From the NCBI GenBank assembly GCA_965223415.1, contig OZ245002.1, forward strand, positions 4,608,001 to 4,672,000: a stretch of 64,000 nt of DNA, given 5' to 3'. The position numbers and the translations under genes are program-made. Origin of the DNA: Myxococcota bacterium. Lineage in GTDB: Bacteria > Myxococcota_A > UBA9160 > UBA6930. The notes under the pieces were generated by a model that searched no databases, had not been told where the DNA came from, and saw only the letters and a list, made by a program, of their open reading frames with translations. Positions 1 through 10,293 of this stretch are shown here, in pieces. Every line of letters starts with the position of its first letter. Within the stretch, counting starts at the first letter, position 1.

Positions 1-829
1 GCGCTTGACGCTAGAGGAAACGCCCACGGGAGCGACGCACTGGTCCGTTCGCCTGATGGCGAAGCGGGTAGGCCTCCCGACGACGACGGTTCATCGCATC
101 TGGCGAGCATTCAGCCTCCAGCCGCACCGAGTCGAGCGCTTCCGGCTCTCCAACGATCCCCATTTTGTGGACAAGGTGGTGGATATCGTCGGCCTGTACA
201 TGTCTCCGCCGGCGAACGCGGTCGTCCTCTGCGTCGACGAGAAATCGCAGATCCAAGCGCTGGAACGGAACCAGCCTGTCTTGCCGATGCAACCGGGCCG
301 GGCGGAGCAGCGCACACACGGATACCTACGCCATGGCACGACGACACTCTTTGCCGCACTCAACATCGCAACGGGCGAAGTGATCGGATCCCTCCATCGC
401 CGGCACCGCACGGAGGAGTTCCTGAAGTTCCTCAGGACGATCGACGACAACGTACCCGCCGAACTCGACATCCATCTCGTGCTCGACAACTACACCACGC
501 ACAAGACGAAGCGAACTCGGAGCTGGCTCGCGCGCCACCCTCGTTTCCACGTGCACTTCACCCCGACGTACAGCTCATGGCTGAATCAGGTCGAGCGGTT
601 CTTTGCACTCATCACCGAGCGTTGCATCCGTCGCGGCGTGCATCGCAGCACGAGGGCGCTCGAGAACGACATCCGGAGCTTCCTGAAGACGACGAACGAC
701 GATCCGAGACCCTTCGTCTGGACCAAGACCGCGGATCAGATCCTCGCGAGTGTGCGGCGCTACTGTGGTCGCGTCCTCGACGTCCACTCCGATTCTAATC
801 GAGTGGTTTCTTCTGGAACAGGACACTAG
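1..829 (+). mobile_element. IS630-family insertion sequence, right part (truncated by window start)
   Basis: IS630-type transposase whose stop codon falls in the terminal ...GGAACAGGACACTAG (CTAG/TA end, typical of IS630). Confidence 0.85.
5..829 (+). CDS. IS630-family DDE transposase (5' partial)
   Basis: Motifs [70 protein letters not shown]. Confidence 0.95.
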   Translation: MTLEETPTGATHWSVRLMAKRVGLPTTTVHRIWRAFSLQPHRVERFRLSNDPHFVDKVVDIVGLYMSPPANAVVLCVDEKSQIQALERNQPVLPMQPGRAEQRTHGYLRHGTTTLFAALNIATGEVIGSLHRRHRTEEFLKFLRTIDDNVPAELDIHLVLDNYTTHKTKRTRSWLARHPRFHVHFTPTYSSWLNQVERFFALITERCIRRGVHRSTRALENDIRSFLKTTNDDPRPFVWTKTADQILASVRRYCGRVLDVHSDSNRVVSSGTGH

Positions 830-910
830 AGCCGGTCTCACAAATGTGAAGCGCGTACCGGCCTTCCTCGGTGACACGGGCACGCTGGGCATTTCCGAGA
901 CGGGCTCTAG
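826..910. repeat. 85-bp MITE-like element with 21-bp imperfect terminal inverted repeats, CTAG at both ends
   Basis: CTAGAGCCGGTCTCACAAATG (826-846) vs CATTTCCGAGACGGGCTCTAG (890-910): 18/21 complementary. Confidence 0.7.
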
Positions 911-989
911 CGCCTTCGCCCGCGGGCAGGTCGTCGGGTAGACTCGCCGCGTCGCCCCCCACGACATCGACCGACAGCTGAGAGGACCG

Positions 990-2635
<1,646 letters not shown>

Positions 2636-2639
<4 letters not shown>

Positions 2640-3007
2640 GCGGCGACCTGCCGGTGGTGCTGCTGGTCGACGACGAGTGCCACATCCTGTCCGCCCTCCA
2701 GCGTTCCCTGCGCCGGGAGGGCTACGAGATCCTCACGGCGGGCTCGGCGGACGAGGCGCTGGCCCTCCTTTCCGCGCGCGCCGTCGACCTGATCGTCTCG
2801 GACCAGAAGATGCCCGGGACGAACGGCCTCGTGTTCCTCACCGAGGTGGGCCGCAAGGGATGCGACGCACCGCGGGTGCTGCTGACCGGCTGGCCGGAGG
2901 AGATCCCCCAGGCGGACATCACCGCGGCGGGCATCACCGCGGTGCTGCCCAAGCCGTGGGACGACGCCGACCTGAAGGCGACCCTGCGGGCTTGCCTCGG
3001 GCGCTAG
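2636..3007 (+). CDS. Single-domain response regulator
   Basis: VLLVDDE, LIVSDQKMPG, LLTG, KPWD; GTG start overlaps the kinase stop codon (GTGA). Confidence 0.9.
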
Positions 3008-3032
3008 GCCATGGCCGGCGCCACCGTCCGGC

Positions 3033-4280
3033 TCAGGTGCCGTTCGGCAGCCGGCTCAGGTACTCGAGATCGGTCTTCTGGGTGTTCTTGCCGCCGACGG
3101 CGAGCACCCGGAAGCGCCGGCTCCTGCCCTTGGTGGTGTAGATCCGGCCCTTGCCCGCGAAGCCGATCTCGAAGATCGTGAGGTAGGGCGGCAGGCCGCC
3201 GACCTTGCGGCGCACGCCGGCTGCTTCGGGATCGTCGCAGAGCTTCTTCAGGGCCTCCTCGGCGCGCAGCTTCTGGCTCTCGTCGCCCAGGGCGAGGATG
3301 CTGTCGATCGCGTGGTCGTCGACCTCGAGGTCCTTGTAGAGGGTCCGGAAGCGACGGGCGAGGTGCTCGGCGTCCTTGCTGGCTCCCTTGCCCGAGCGCT
3401 TGACCTGCTTCTGGAGCCGCTGGATCTCGTCGTCCTTGGCGGTGAGGTCCTGGGTCGCCTCTTCGAGCAGGTCTTCCAGGGCGCGGCGTTCCTGCTGGAG
3501 ATCCTGGGCGCCGGCGGTCTCGGCGCGAAGGGTCGCCTCCCGGGCCTCGACCTCGTCCAGGCGCCTGCGCAGGCGGGCGCGCTCGTCCTGGAGGGACTCG
3601 ATCTCCTCGACGTAGATCTCCTTCTCCGGCTCCACCTCGGCGAGGCGCTCGCGAACCTGGCCGAGCTCCTGCTCGATCGAGCTGGCGCGCTCCGCCGCCT
3701 GGGCACGTTCCCCCATCACGGCCTGGAGGGCTCGCTCTTCCTGGCGGGTGAGCCGGCGCGTGTAGGCGACGAGGCCGGACATCAGGAGCGCCGCGTAGAT
3801 CACGAGGATGCCGTTGGCGGCCAGCGCGTTGTGGGGAACGCCCACGTCCACGTCGCTGATGGCAGGCAGGAGCTCGGCGCCATTGCTCGGCGAGGGGGGG
3901 AAGGGAGGAGCGTGGCCCGGGGCGTAGACCAATGTGGTGCCGTCGGCGCCGAGGACGAGCGGACGCACGCGGACCTCGCCGTAGCGGACCCAGGGAGAGG
4001 CCGAGAGCAGGGCGTCGATGCGACTCCGCACCTGGCCGACGACCGGTCCGTTGGCCGGGTCGACGGCGAGCGCTTCGGCGACGGCGGCCTCGAAGTGGCG
4101 GGCCATCAGCGCCTCGAAGCCCTCCACCGAGAACACGTAGGCCACGAGGAACGCGAAGATGGCCAGGTAGGTGAAGCGGAAGCTGGCCAGGCGCTCGAGA
4201 GGGCCCGGGCGCCCGGCTCGCACGGCCTCGCCGGAGTCCCCGCGGGACCCCGACTCCGGCGTGGGCAGGGCGGTCTCCAT
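3033..4280 (-). CDS. Membrane protein: 2 TM segments, long coiled coil, C-terminal RelE/HigB-like domain
   Basis: Hydrophobic segments FTYLAIFAFLVAYVF and GILVIYAALLMSGLVAY; E/R/Q-rich coil; C-terminus FEIGFAGKGRIY...VLAVGGKNTQKTDL. Confidence 0.7.
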   Translation of the reverse strand: METALPTPESGSRGDSGEAVRAGRPGPLERLASFRFTYLAIFAFLVAYVFSVEGFEALMARHFEAAVAEALAVDPANGPVVGQVRSRIDALLSASPWVRYGEVRVRPLVLGADGTTLVYAPGHAPPFPPSPSNGAELLPAISDVDVGVPHNALAANGILVIYAALLMSGLVAYTRRLTRQEERALQAVMGERAQAAERASSIEQELGQVRERLAEVEPEKEIYVEEIESLQDERARLRRRLDEVEAREATLRAETAGAQDLQQERRALEDLLEEATQDLTAKDDEIQRLQKQVKRSGKGASKDAEHLARRFRTLYKDLEVDDHAIDSILALGDESQKLRAEEALKKLCDDPEAAGVRRKVGGLPPYLTIFEIGFAGKGRIYTTKGRSRRFRVLAVGGKNTQKTDLEYLSRLPNGT

Positions 4281-4370
4281 GGCTGCGGTCAAGGTACGGC
4301 TTGCTCCCCGAATCCCCAATCAGGGCCTTCGACACCAGCGCCGCGGCCCCGGTTGCTACCGTGCGCCGCC

Positions 4371-5198
4371 ATGCGCGTCGTCGATCTCGACCGGGACATG
4401 AGCGACGTCATCCCGACCGGGACGACGCGAGACAGCGAGTACGTCTTCGACCGCATGACCCGCGCCACTCTCGCGGCGACCCGTCCGGGGCCCGGCCGGC
4501 GCATCCTGGACGTGGCGAGCGGCTTCGGACAGGACGCCATCGCGCTGCAGGCCGCCGGTGCCGAGGTGGTCGGGGCCGAGCCCTCCGAGCGGATGATGGC
4601 GTGGACCCGCATGAAGAGCGACGAGGCTGCGGGGCGGATCCCCGCCTGGGTGCGGGCCTGGGGCGACGTGCTGCCCTTCGCGGACGACAGCTTCGATGCC
4701 GCCTTCTGCAAGGGCGCCCTCGACCACTTCGATCAGCCCGACACAGCCATCGCCGAGATGGCGCGGGTCACCCGGCCCGGCGGTCGGGTGGTGCTGACCA
4801 TCGCCAACTACGATTCGTTCACCTGCCGCGCCGCTCGCGCGGCCGACGACGCGCGGGAGCTCGGCCTGGGCCGGCCGATGCGCCGCGGCCGCCGCCACTA
4901 CGACGTCCCGAACGACCATTTCACCCGCTACGACCTGCCGCTGATGCGCGAGCAGCTCGAGGCCCACGTCGACGTGGACCACGTCGAGGGCGTGTCCCTC
5001 GCCTGGGGTCTGCCCCTCTGGACGCGCGCCGTCGGCCACCTGCCCGCCGCCCTCGCCGACGCCGCTCTCCGCAGCCTCGATGGCCTCGCCGCCCGCCTCC
5101 CCGCCCTCGCCGACGTCCTCGTCCTCGCCGGCAGCCCCAGAGGGACAAGAAACGGGGCCAGAGTTAAGAGTTCAGTTCCGAAGGAACTGAACTCTTAA
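4371..5198 (+). CDS. Class I SAM-dependent methyltransferase
   Basis: RILDVASGFG, LPFADDSFDA, EMARVTRPGG. Confidence 0.88.
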   Translation: MRVVDLDRDMSDVIPTGTTRDSEYVFDRMTRATLAATRPGPGRRILDVASGFGQDAIALQAAGAEVVGAEPSERMMAWTRMKSDEAAGRIPAWVRAWGDVLPFADDSFDAAFCKGALDHFDQPDTAIAEMARVTRPGGRVVLTIANYDSFTCRAARAADDARELGLGRPMRRGRRHYDVPNDHFTRYDLPLMREQLEAHVDVDHVEGVSLAWGLPLWTRAVGHLPAALADAALRSLDGLAARLPALADVLVLAGSPRGTRNGARVKSSVPKELNS

Positions 5199-5214
5199 CT
5201 CTGGCCCCGTTTCT
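5148..5214. repeat. Perfect 32-bp inverted repeat with GAA loop (REP/REPIN-like palindrome or bidirectional terminator)
   Basis: AGAAACGGGGCCAGAGTTAAGAGTTCAGTTCC-GAA-GGAACTGAACTCTTAACTCTGGCCCCGTTTCT. Confidence 0.9.
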
Positions 5215-6460
5215 GTACGTCGCGGTAGAGCGCGGCGGTGCGCTCGGCGATGCGGGGCCAGGCGTAGGCGGCCTCGACGCGCGGGCGTGCGAGGGTGCCG
5301 AGGCGGCGGCGCTCTTCCGGGTGATCGAGCAGGGCGCGGATCGCCTTGGCGAGGGCTTCCGGGTCGTCCGGCGAAACGGTGACGCCGCCGCCGCCCACGC
5401 TCACCACCTCGGGCAGCGCGCCGGCGGAGGTGGTGACGACCGGGGTGCCGCAGGCCATCGCCTCCACGGCGGGCAGCCCGAAGCCTTCGTACCGGGAGGG
5501 CACCACCACCAGAGCCGCGCGCCGGTAGAGGTGGACCAGCTCGTCGGTCGGTACGCGGCCCGCCAGGTGCAGGCGCTCGCCGCAGCCGAGCTCCCGGGCC
5601 CACCTGGTCGCCTCGCTCTGGGGCGAGTCGACGAGGGTCAGGGAGGCCCGCTCGGGCAGGTGGGGCAAGGCGTGCACGAGGGTGCGAATGCCCTTGTTCG
5701 GGTCCGAGGCGCGGCCGATGCAGACGATCTCCGTTTCCGAGCGCGCCACCTCCGGGTCCGGCGAGAAGAGCTCGGTGTCGAGGCCGTTGCCCAGCATCGC
5801 GATCCGCTCCGGGCCCACGCCGAAGTCGCGCTCGATCTCCCGGGCGCTCGCGCCAGACGACGTGATCACCCGCTCGAGCCGGCGCGCCACGAAGGCCTGC
5901 ATGCCGATCGGATAGAACTGCATCGTGCCGATCGCCTCGCGCAGGCTCTCGTCCCGCACGAAGGAGGCCCGGCGGTCCACGCTGAGGGGATGGTGGACGG
6001 TCGTCACCACCGGCAGCCCCATGGCGCGCATGGCCAGGAGGCCGTAGCCCAGGCACTGGACGTCGTGGATCACGTCGTAGCGCGCGCCGCCCCGCAGCCG
6101 ATCCGCCAGCACCCGCAGCGCGCGCAGGCTGAACGCGAAGGGCTCCGGCAGGAAGCCCAGCCGGCTCGCCGCGAGCTCGTAGAAGTGGAGCGGGTGGAAC
6201 ACCCGCAGCGGATTCGGCCGCGGCAGGAAGCCCTTCCAGTCCTTCAGGAACCACTTGGCCCAGAACATCTCGTTCTCGACCCGGGCGACGCCCCCCGCGA
6301 AGGGCATCGGATCCGGGTAGGGCGGTCCCACGATCACGTCCACCTGATGCCCCAGCCGCACGAGCTCCCGGGCCAGGAACCACAGGTAGACGCCCTGACC
6401 GCCGCACTGCATGTTGCCGCGGTAGGCGACGAAGGCGATGCGGAGCGGCCGCGCCATCAC
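5195..6460 (-). CDS. Glycosyltransferase family 4
   Basis: RIAFVAYRGNMQCGGQGVY; PSRYEGFGLPAVEAMACG (E-x7-E motif). Confidence 0.92.
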   Translation of the reverse strand: MMARPLRIAFVAYRGNMQCGGQGVYLWFLARELVRLGHQVDVIVGPPYPDPMPFAGGVARVENEMFWAKWFLKDWKGFLPRPNPLRVFHPLHFYELAASRLGFLPEPFAFSLRALRVLADRLRGGARYDVIHDVQCLGYGLLAMRAMGLPVVTTVHHPLSVDRRASFVRDESLREAIGTMQFYPIGMQAFVARRLERVITSSGASAREIERDFGVGPERIAMLGNGLDTELFSPDPEVARSETEIVCIGRASDPNKGIRTLVHALPHLPERASLTLVDSPQSEATRWARELGCGERLHLAGRVPTDELVHLYRRAALVVVPSRYEGFGLPAVEAMACGTPVVTTSAGALPEVVSVGGGGVTVSPDDPEALAKAIRALLDHPEERRRLGTLARPRVEAAYAWPRIAERTAALYRDVQKRGQS

Positions 6461-7203
6461 GCGGCCGCGCGCGGACCTTCCGCTGTAGGGACGGCATCTT
6501 GCGCCGGCTTGCTCGCGTAGAGGATGACGCTCTTCGGGCAGACGTAGTTGAGGACCTTCTTCTCGAGCCAGTCCATCAGCGGCGAGCCGGTCGCCCGCAC
6601 CAGGTAGAGGCGGTAGGCCCGCACCAGGGCGCTCTCGTCCGCCACCGGCAGGCGCATGATCGAGCGCAGCACCCAGTAGGGGGTGTGCAGGCCGTGGGCG
6701 AAGCCGGCGCCTTCGGTGGCGAGGCCGGCCCGAGCCAGGGCCCGGGCCAGCTGGCGGGGCTTGAAGATGCGGATGTGGCCGCCCGGGCTCTCGAAGTAGT
6801 CGTCCCCGAGCCGCAGGTAGAGGTGCTCGCTCGTGGCGGTGGGAATGGTGACGGCGATGCGGCCGCCGGGCTTCGTCACCCGCGCCAGCTCGCGCGCGGC
6901 GGCACCGTAGTCGTGGACGTGCTCCATCACCTCGGAGCAGATCACCCGGTCGAAGGTGGCATCGGCGAAGGGCAGGGCGAAGGTGTTGCCCTGGAGCATG
7001 CCCGTGGCGGTCGCGAGCTCGTCGCCGCGCCGGCGCAGGGCCCGGTGGGCGAGGCGCAGGCTCTCGAAGTCGAGGTCGAGGCCCACGACCCGGGCGCCCC
7101 GTTCCAACGCTCCGAAGCAGTGCCGCCCCTCGCCGCAGCCCGCGTCCAGCAGCAGCTGGCCGGGCCGGACGTCAAGCCGCTCGAGATCGACCGTGAGCAG
7201 CAA
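6457..7203 (-). CDS. Class I SAM-dependent methyltransferase
   Basis: LLDAGCGEGRH, LPFADATFDRVICSEVMEH, RVTKPGG; TTG start inferred. Confidence 0.88.
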   Translation of the reverse strand: MLLTVDLERLDVRPGQLLLDAGCGEGRHCFGALERGARVVGLDLDFESLRLAHRALRRRGDELATATGMLQGNTFALPFADATFDRVICSEVMEHVHDYGAAARELARVTKPGGRIAVTIPTATSEHLYLRLGDDYFESPGGHIRIFKPRQLARALARAGLATEGAGFAHGLHTPYWVLRSIMRLPVADESALVRAYRLYLVRATGSPLMDWLEKKVLNYVCPKSVILYASKPAQDAVPTAEGPRAAA

Positions 7204-8431
7204 CGAGGACGTCCTCGAACACCTGGACGAGCTGGGCCGCCGCGTCGGCCCAGGAGAAGACGTGGAGGATGCGCTCCCGGGCGGCGCGGCCCATCTGGGC
7301 GGCCCGCTCGGGCTCCGCCAGGATCTCGGCGATCGCATCGGCCATGGCCCGCGGATCCCGCGGCGGCACGAGGCGTCCCGCCGAGCCGTCGGTGCCCACC
7401 ACCTCCGGGAGCGCGCCCGCTGCGTTGGCGATGACCGGCAGGCCACAGGCCATCGCCTCGCTCGCCGGGAAGCCGAAGCCCTCGAAGAAGGAGGGCACCA
7501 CGGCGATCCGGCCGGTCGAGTACTCCCGCACCAGCTCCGGCAGCTCCAGGAAGCGGTCGTTCACCTGCACCCGGTCGCCCAGGCCGAGCCGCTCTACCAG
7601 CGTCGGCACCAGGCCGTGGGGCGGGATCCGACCGTCGACGATCTTCAGGGTGACGTGCTCGGGCAGCAGCGAGAGCGCCTCGAGGAGCGTCCCGATGCCC
7701 TTCTTCCGGTCCTCGGTGCGGCCGACGAAGATCAGGTCGGTCTGCTTCTCCACGCCCGCCACCGGCCGGAACACCTCGGGGTCGGTGCCGTTGTAGACGA
7801 CAGCGATGTCCTTCTCCGGAATGCCGAAGTAGCGCTCGATCTCCTTCCGGGACGCCTCGCTCACCGTCACGATCCTGTCGAGGCGCGGCGCCACCTGCTG
7901 CTGCATGAACAGGGGGAAGTAGAGGGTGCGCTTCACCTTCTTCACGAGCCGCGGATCGATGGCGAAGTCCGCTTCCCGGTCGATGTGCAGGGGGTGGTGG
8001 ATCACGGAGACCACCGGCGTGCCGAGGGCGCGAATGCCGAGCAGCCCCCACGAGAGGCACTGGTTGTCGAACACCACGTCGAAGCGGTGCCGCTGCTGGA
8101 GCTCCTTCCAGCGCAGCAGGAGCCGCAGGCCGAAGGTCTGCATCTCCGGGAAGACGCCGAGGCGCGAGACGCCCAGCTCCCAGAGGTTCAGCGGCGAGAG
8201 CAGGGCCCGGGCGTCCTTCTGGCGCGCCCAGTCCTCGAGGGGAAGGCCGAAGACGTTCTCGTTGGGGATCACGTGGAGCGGGATGTCGGCCGGGAGGTCC
8301 GGAAGCGGCGGCCCGGCGATCACGTGGACGTCATGGCCCGCCTTCTTCCACTCACGGGCCAGGTAGGCGGCGTAGATGCCCTGGCCGCCGCAGTACATGT
8401 TGCCGCGGTAGGTGAGGAGCGCGATCCGCAC
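7172..8431 (-). CDS. Glycosyltransferase family 4 (paralog of 5195-6460)
   Basis: RIALLTYRGNMYCGGQGIY; PSFFEGFGFPASEAMACG; GTG start inferred. Confidence 0.92.
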   Translation of the reverse strand: MRIALLTYRGNMYCGGQGIYAAYLAREWKKAGHDVHVIAGPPLPDLPADIPLHVIPNENVFGLPLEDWARQKDARALLSPLNLWELGVSRLGVFPEMQTFGLRLLLRWKELQQRHRFDVVFDNQCLSWGLLGIRALGTPVVSVIHHPLHIDREADFAIDPRLVKKVKRTLYFPLFMQQQVAPRLDRIVTVSEASRKEIERYFGIPEKDIAVVYNGTDPEVFRPVAGVEKQTDLIFVGRTEDRKKGIGTLLEALSLLPEHVTLKIVDGRIPPHGLVPTLVERLGLGDRVQVNDRFLELPELVREYSTGRIAVVPSFFEGFGFPASEAMACGLPVIANAAGALPEVVGTDGSAGRLVPPRDPRAMADAIAEILAEPERAAQMGRAARERILHVFSWADAAAQLVQVFEDVLVAAHGRSRAA

Positions 8432-8435
8432 GGGC

Positions 8436-8705
8436 CTAGCCCCCGTCGGTCTCGTCGCCGCTCGCACCGGCGGCGGGAGGAGGCGAGGGCGGCTGGGTGG
8501 TCGGGTCCGCCTCCGGCTCCACCTGGATCGTGGCGATGGTCCACCCCACCCAGAAGGTGAGCCCGAGGACAAAGGCCAGCAGGATGCCCACTGGGATCGC
8601 CACCGCCCACCAGGCGCCGTCGATCAAGCCGTTCAGGAACACCAGGCCCAGGACGCCAGCGGCTCCGCAGATCAGGAACCCCTGGGTTCGGGACGAGTCG
8701 GTCAT
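8436..8705 (-). CDS. Small 2-TM membrane protein
   Basis: Two hydrophobic helices, FWVGWTIAT motif; ends 4 bp before the GT start; GGAGAG RBS upstream. Confidence 0.65.
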   Translation of the reverse strand: MTDSSRTQGFLICGAAGVLGLVFLNGLIDGAWWAVAIPVGILLAFVLGLTFWVGWTIATIQVEPEADPTTQPPSPPPAAGASGDETDGG

Positions 8706-8719
8706 CGCAGGCTCTCCAT

Positions 8720-8777
8720 GGGGGGCATTCCGGTCCGCCCGAGGACATTGGGGGGGGCATTCCGGTTCGCCCGAGGA
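8720..8777. repeat. Tandem 26-bp direct repeat
   Basis: GGGGGGCATTCCGGT(C/T)CGCCCGAGGA at 8720-8745 and 8752-8777. Confidence 0.8.
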
Positions 8778-9119
8778 GGGAGAGAGCTCGTTCCTGGTGG
8801 GGTCACCAGGTGGGCTCCATGTCACCGGGGCCGCCCCGTCCCGGGCCCGAGGGCCCGATCGGCAGCGCCCCTCTCCCCGACGCCCCTGATGACAGAGGTG
8901 GGTGGGGTGGAGATGCCTCGGGGGCGCGCATTCCGGCGAGGGACGGATCCCTTACACGTCTCCATCAGGAGCGAGCGCGGAATCCCATCGCCCGGGCGAA
9001 CCGGGGGCGGAGGATGGACGGTCGGACGCAGCGTGTCAACGCGCCGCTCCCTAACCTCCCGCCGATGAAGAGCGAATCGCGCTCGTGCAGGTGATCGCGG
9101 CGACTCCGGAGGCGCACCG

Positions 9120-10262
9120 ATGCGGGTGATCGGCCTGATGTCCGGCACCTCGGCGGACGCCGTCGACGCGGCGCTGGTGGCCTGGCCCGAGGGCAAGGAG
9201 GCGCGGCCCTTCGAGCTGCTCGCCTTCTGCGAGCTCCCCCTCGGCGGCGAGCTCCAGGCGCGCATCCACCGGCTGGCGGCGGGCCGGGTGCCCGGCCCCG
9301 AGGCCCTGGCGGAGCTGGCGCGTCTCGACGTGGAGCTGGGGGAGCGCTTCGCCGGAGCCGCCGCCGAGGTGGCCGAACGGGCCGGCGTGCCCCTGGCGGA
9401 GGTGGACGCGATCGCCTCCCACGGCCAGACCGTGGCCCACCACCCGGAGCACCGGGCCACGCTCCAGATCGGCGACCCGTCGGTGATCGCCGAGCGCACC
9501 GGCTGCGCGACGGTGGCGGACTTCCGCACCCGGGACGTGGCGGCCGGCGGGGAGGGCGCGCCCCTGGCCCCCTTCTTCCACTGGGCGGCGATGAGGGACC
9601 CGGCCGAGCACCGGCTCGTGCTCAACCTGGGCGGCATCGCCAACGTCACCTGGCTTCCGGCGGGCGGCGCCGCCGACGAAGTCGTGGCCTTCGACGTGGG
9701 GCCCGCCAACTCGCTGATGGACGGCGTGGTCGCCGCCGCCAGCGGGGGGAGCGAGCGGTTCGACCGGGACGGTGCCGGCGCCGCCCGCGGCCGGGTGGAC
9801 GAGGCGCTGCTGGCGGAGCTGCTCGAGGATCCCTACCTGCGGCGTCCGCCGCCCAAGAGCACCGGCCGCGAGCGCTACGGGCTCGCCGAGGCGGAGGCCC
9901 TGTGGGCGCGGAGCCGGGAGGACGGCCGGAGCCTCGAGGACCTGTTGGCGACCCTGGTCGCGCTGGTCGCGCGCAGCGTGGCCGACGCGGCGGGGCGCCT
10001 GCTCGGTGCGCCCCGCATCGACCGCCTCCTGGTGGGAGGCGGCGGCGCCCGCAATCCCACGCTGATGGCCGCACTCCTCGACCACGGCGCCGCGCCGCGG
10101 GTCGAGCCCTTCGACGTGGTCGGCGTCCCCGCCGCGGCTGCCGAGGCCATGGCCTTCTCGCTCCTGGGACGCAACGCGCGCCTCGGCCTCGTGAACCACC
10201 TGCCCCGCACGACGGGCGCGCGCGGCGCGCGGGTCCTCGGCGAGGTGGTGCCCGGGCGTTGA
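9120..10262 (+). CDS. anmK: Anhydro-N-acetylmuramic acid kinase
   Basis: IGLMSGTSADAVD, SHGQT, ADFR.RD.AAGGEGAPL, LNLGGIAN, FDVGPAN, PPKSTGRE. Confidence 0.95.
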   Translation: MRVIGLMSGTSADAVDAALVAWPEGKEARPFELLAFCELPLGGELQARIHRLAAGRVPGPEALAELARLDVELGERFAGAAAEVAERAGVPLAEVDAIASHGQTVAHHPEHRATLQIGDPSVIAERTGCATVADFRTRDVAAGGEGAPLAPFFHWAAMRDPAEHRLVLNLGGIANVTWLPAGGAADEVVAFDVGPANSLMDGVVAAASGGSERFDRDGAGAARGRVDEALLAELLEDPYLRRPPPKSTGRERYGLAEAEALWARSREDGRSLEDLLATLVALVARSVADAAGRLLGAPRIDRLLVGGGGARNPTLMAALLDHGAAPRVEPFDVVGVPAAAAEAMAFSLLGRNARLGLVNHLPRTTGARGARVLGEVVPGR

Positions 10263-10293
10263 GCCGCCGCGCTCCCGGCCAGGCGGTCCGCCG

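Noticed and set aside
8720..8777. Possible mini CRISPR array
   Set aside because: Only two copies with a 6-bp gap and no cas genes.
8860..9064. glmS ribozyme, c-di-AMP (ydaO) riboswitch or hammerhead upstream of anmK
   Set aside because: Only fragments (AGCGCC, GATGCCTC, GAATCC, CTAACC, CTGATGA) are present; the required order, stems and GAAA core are missing.
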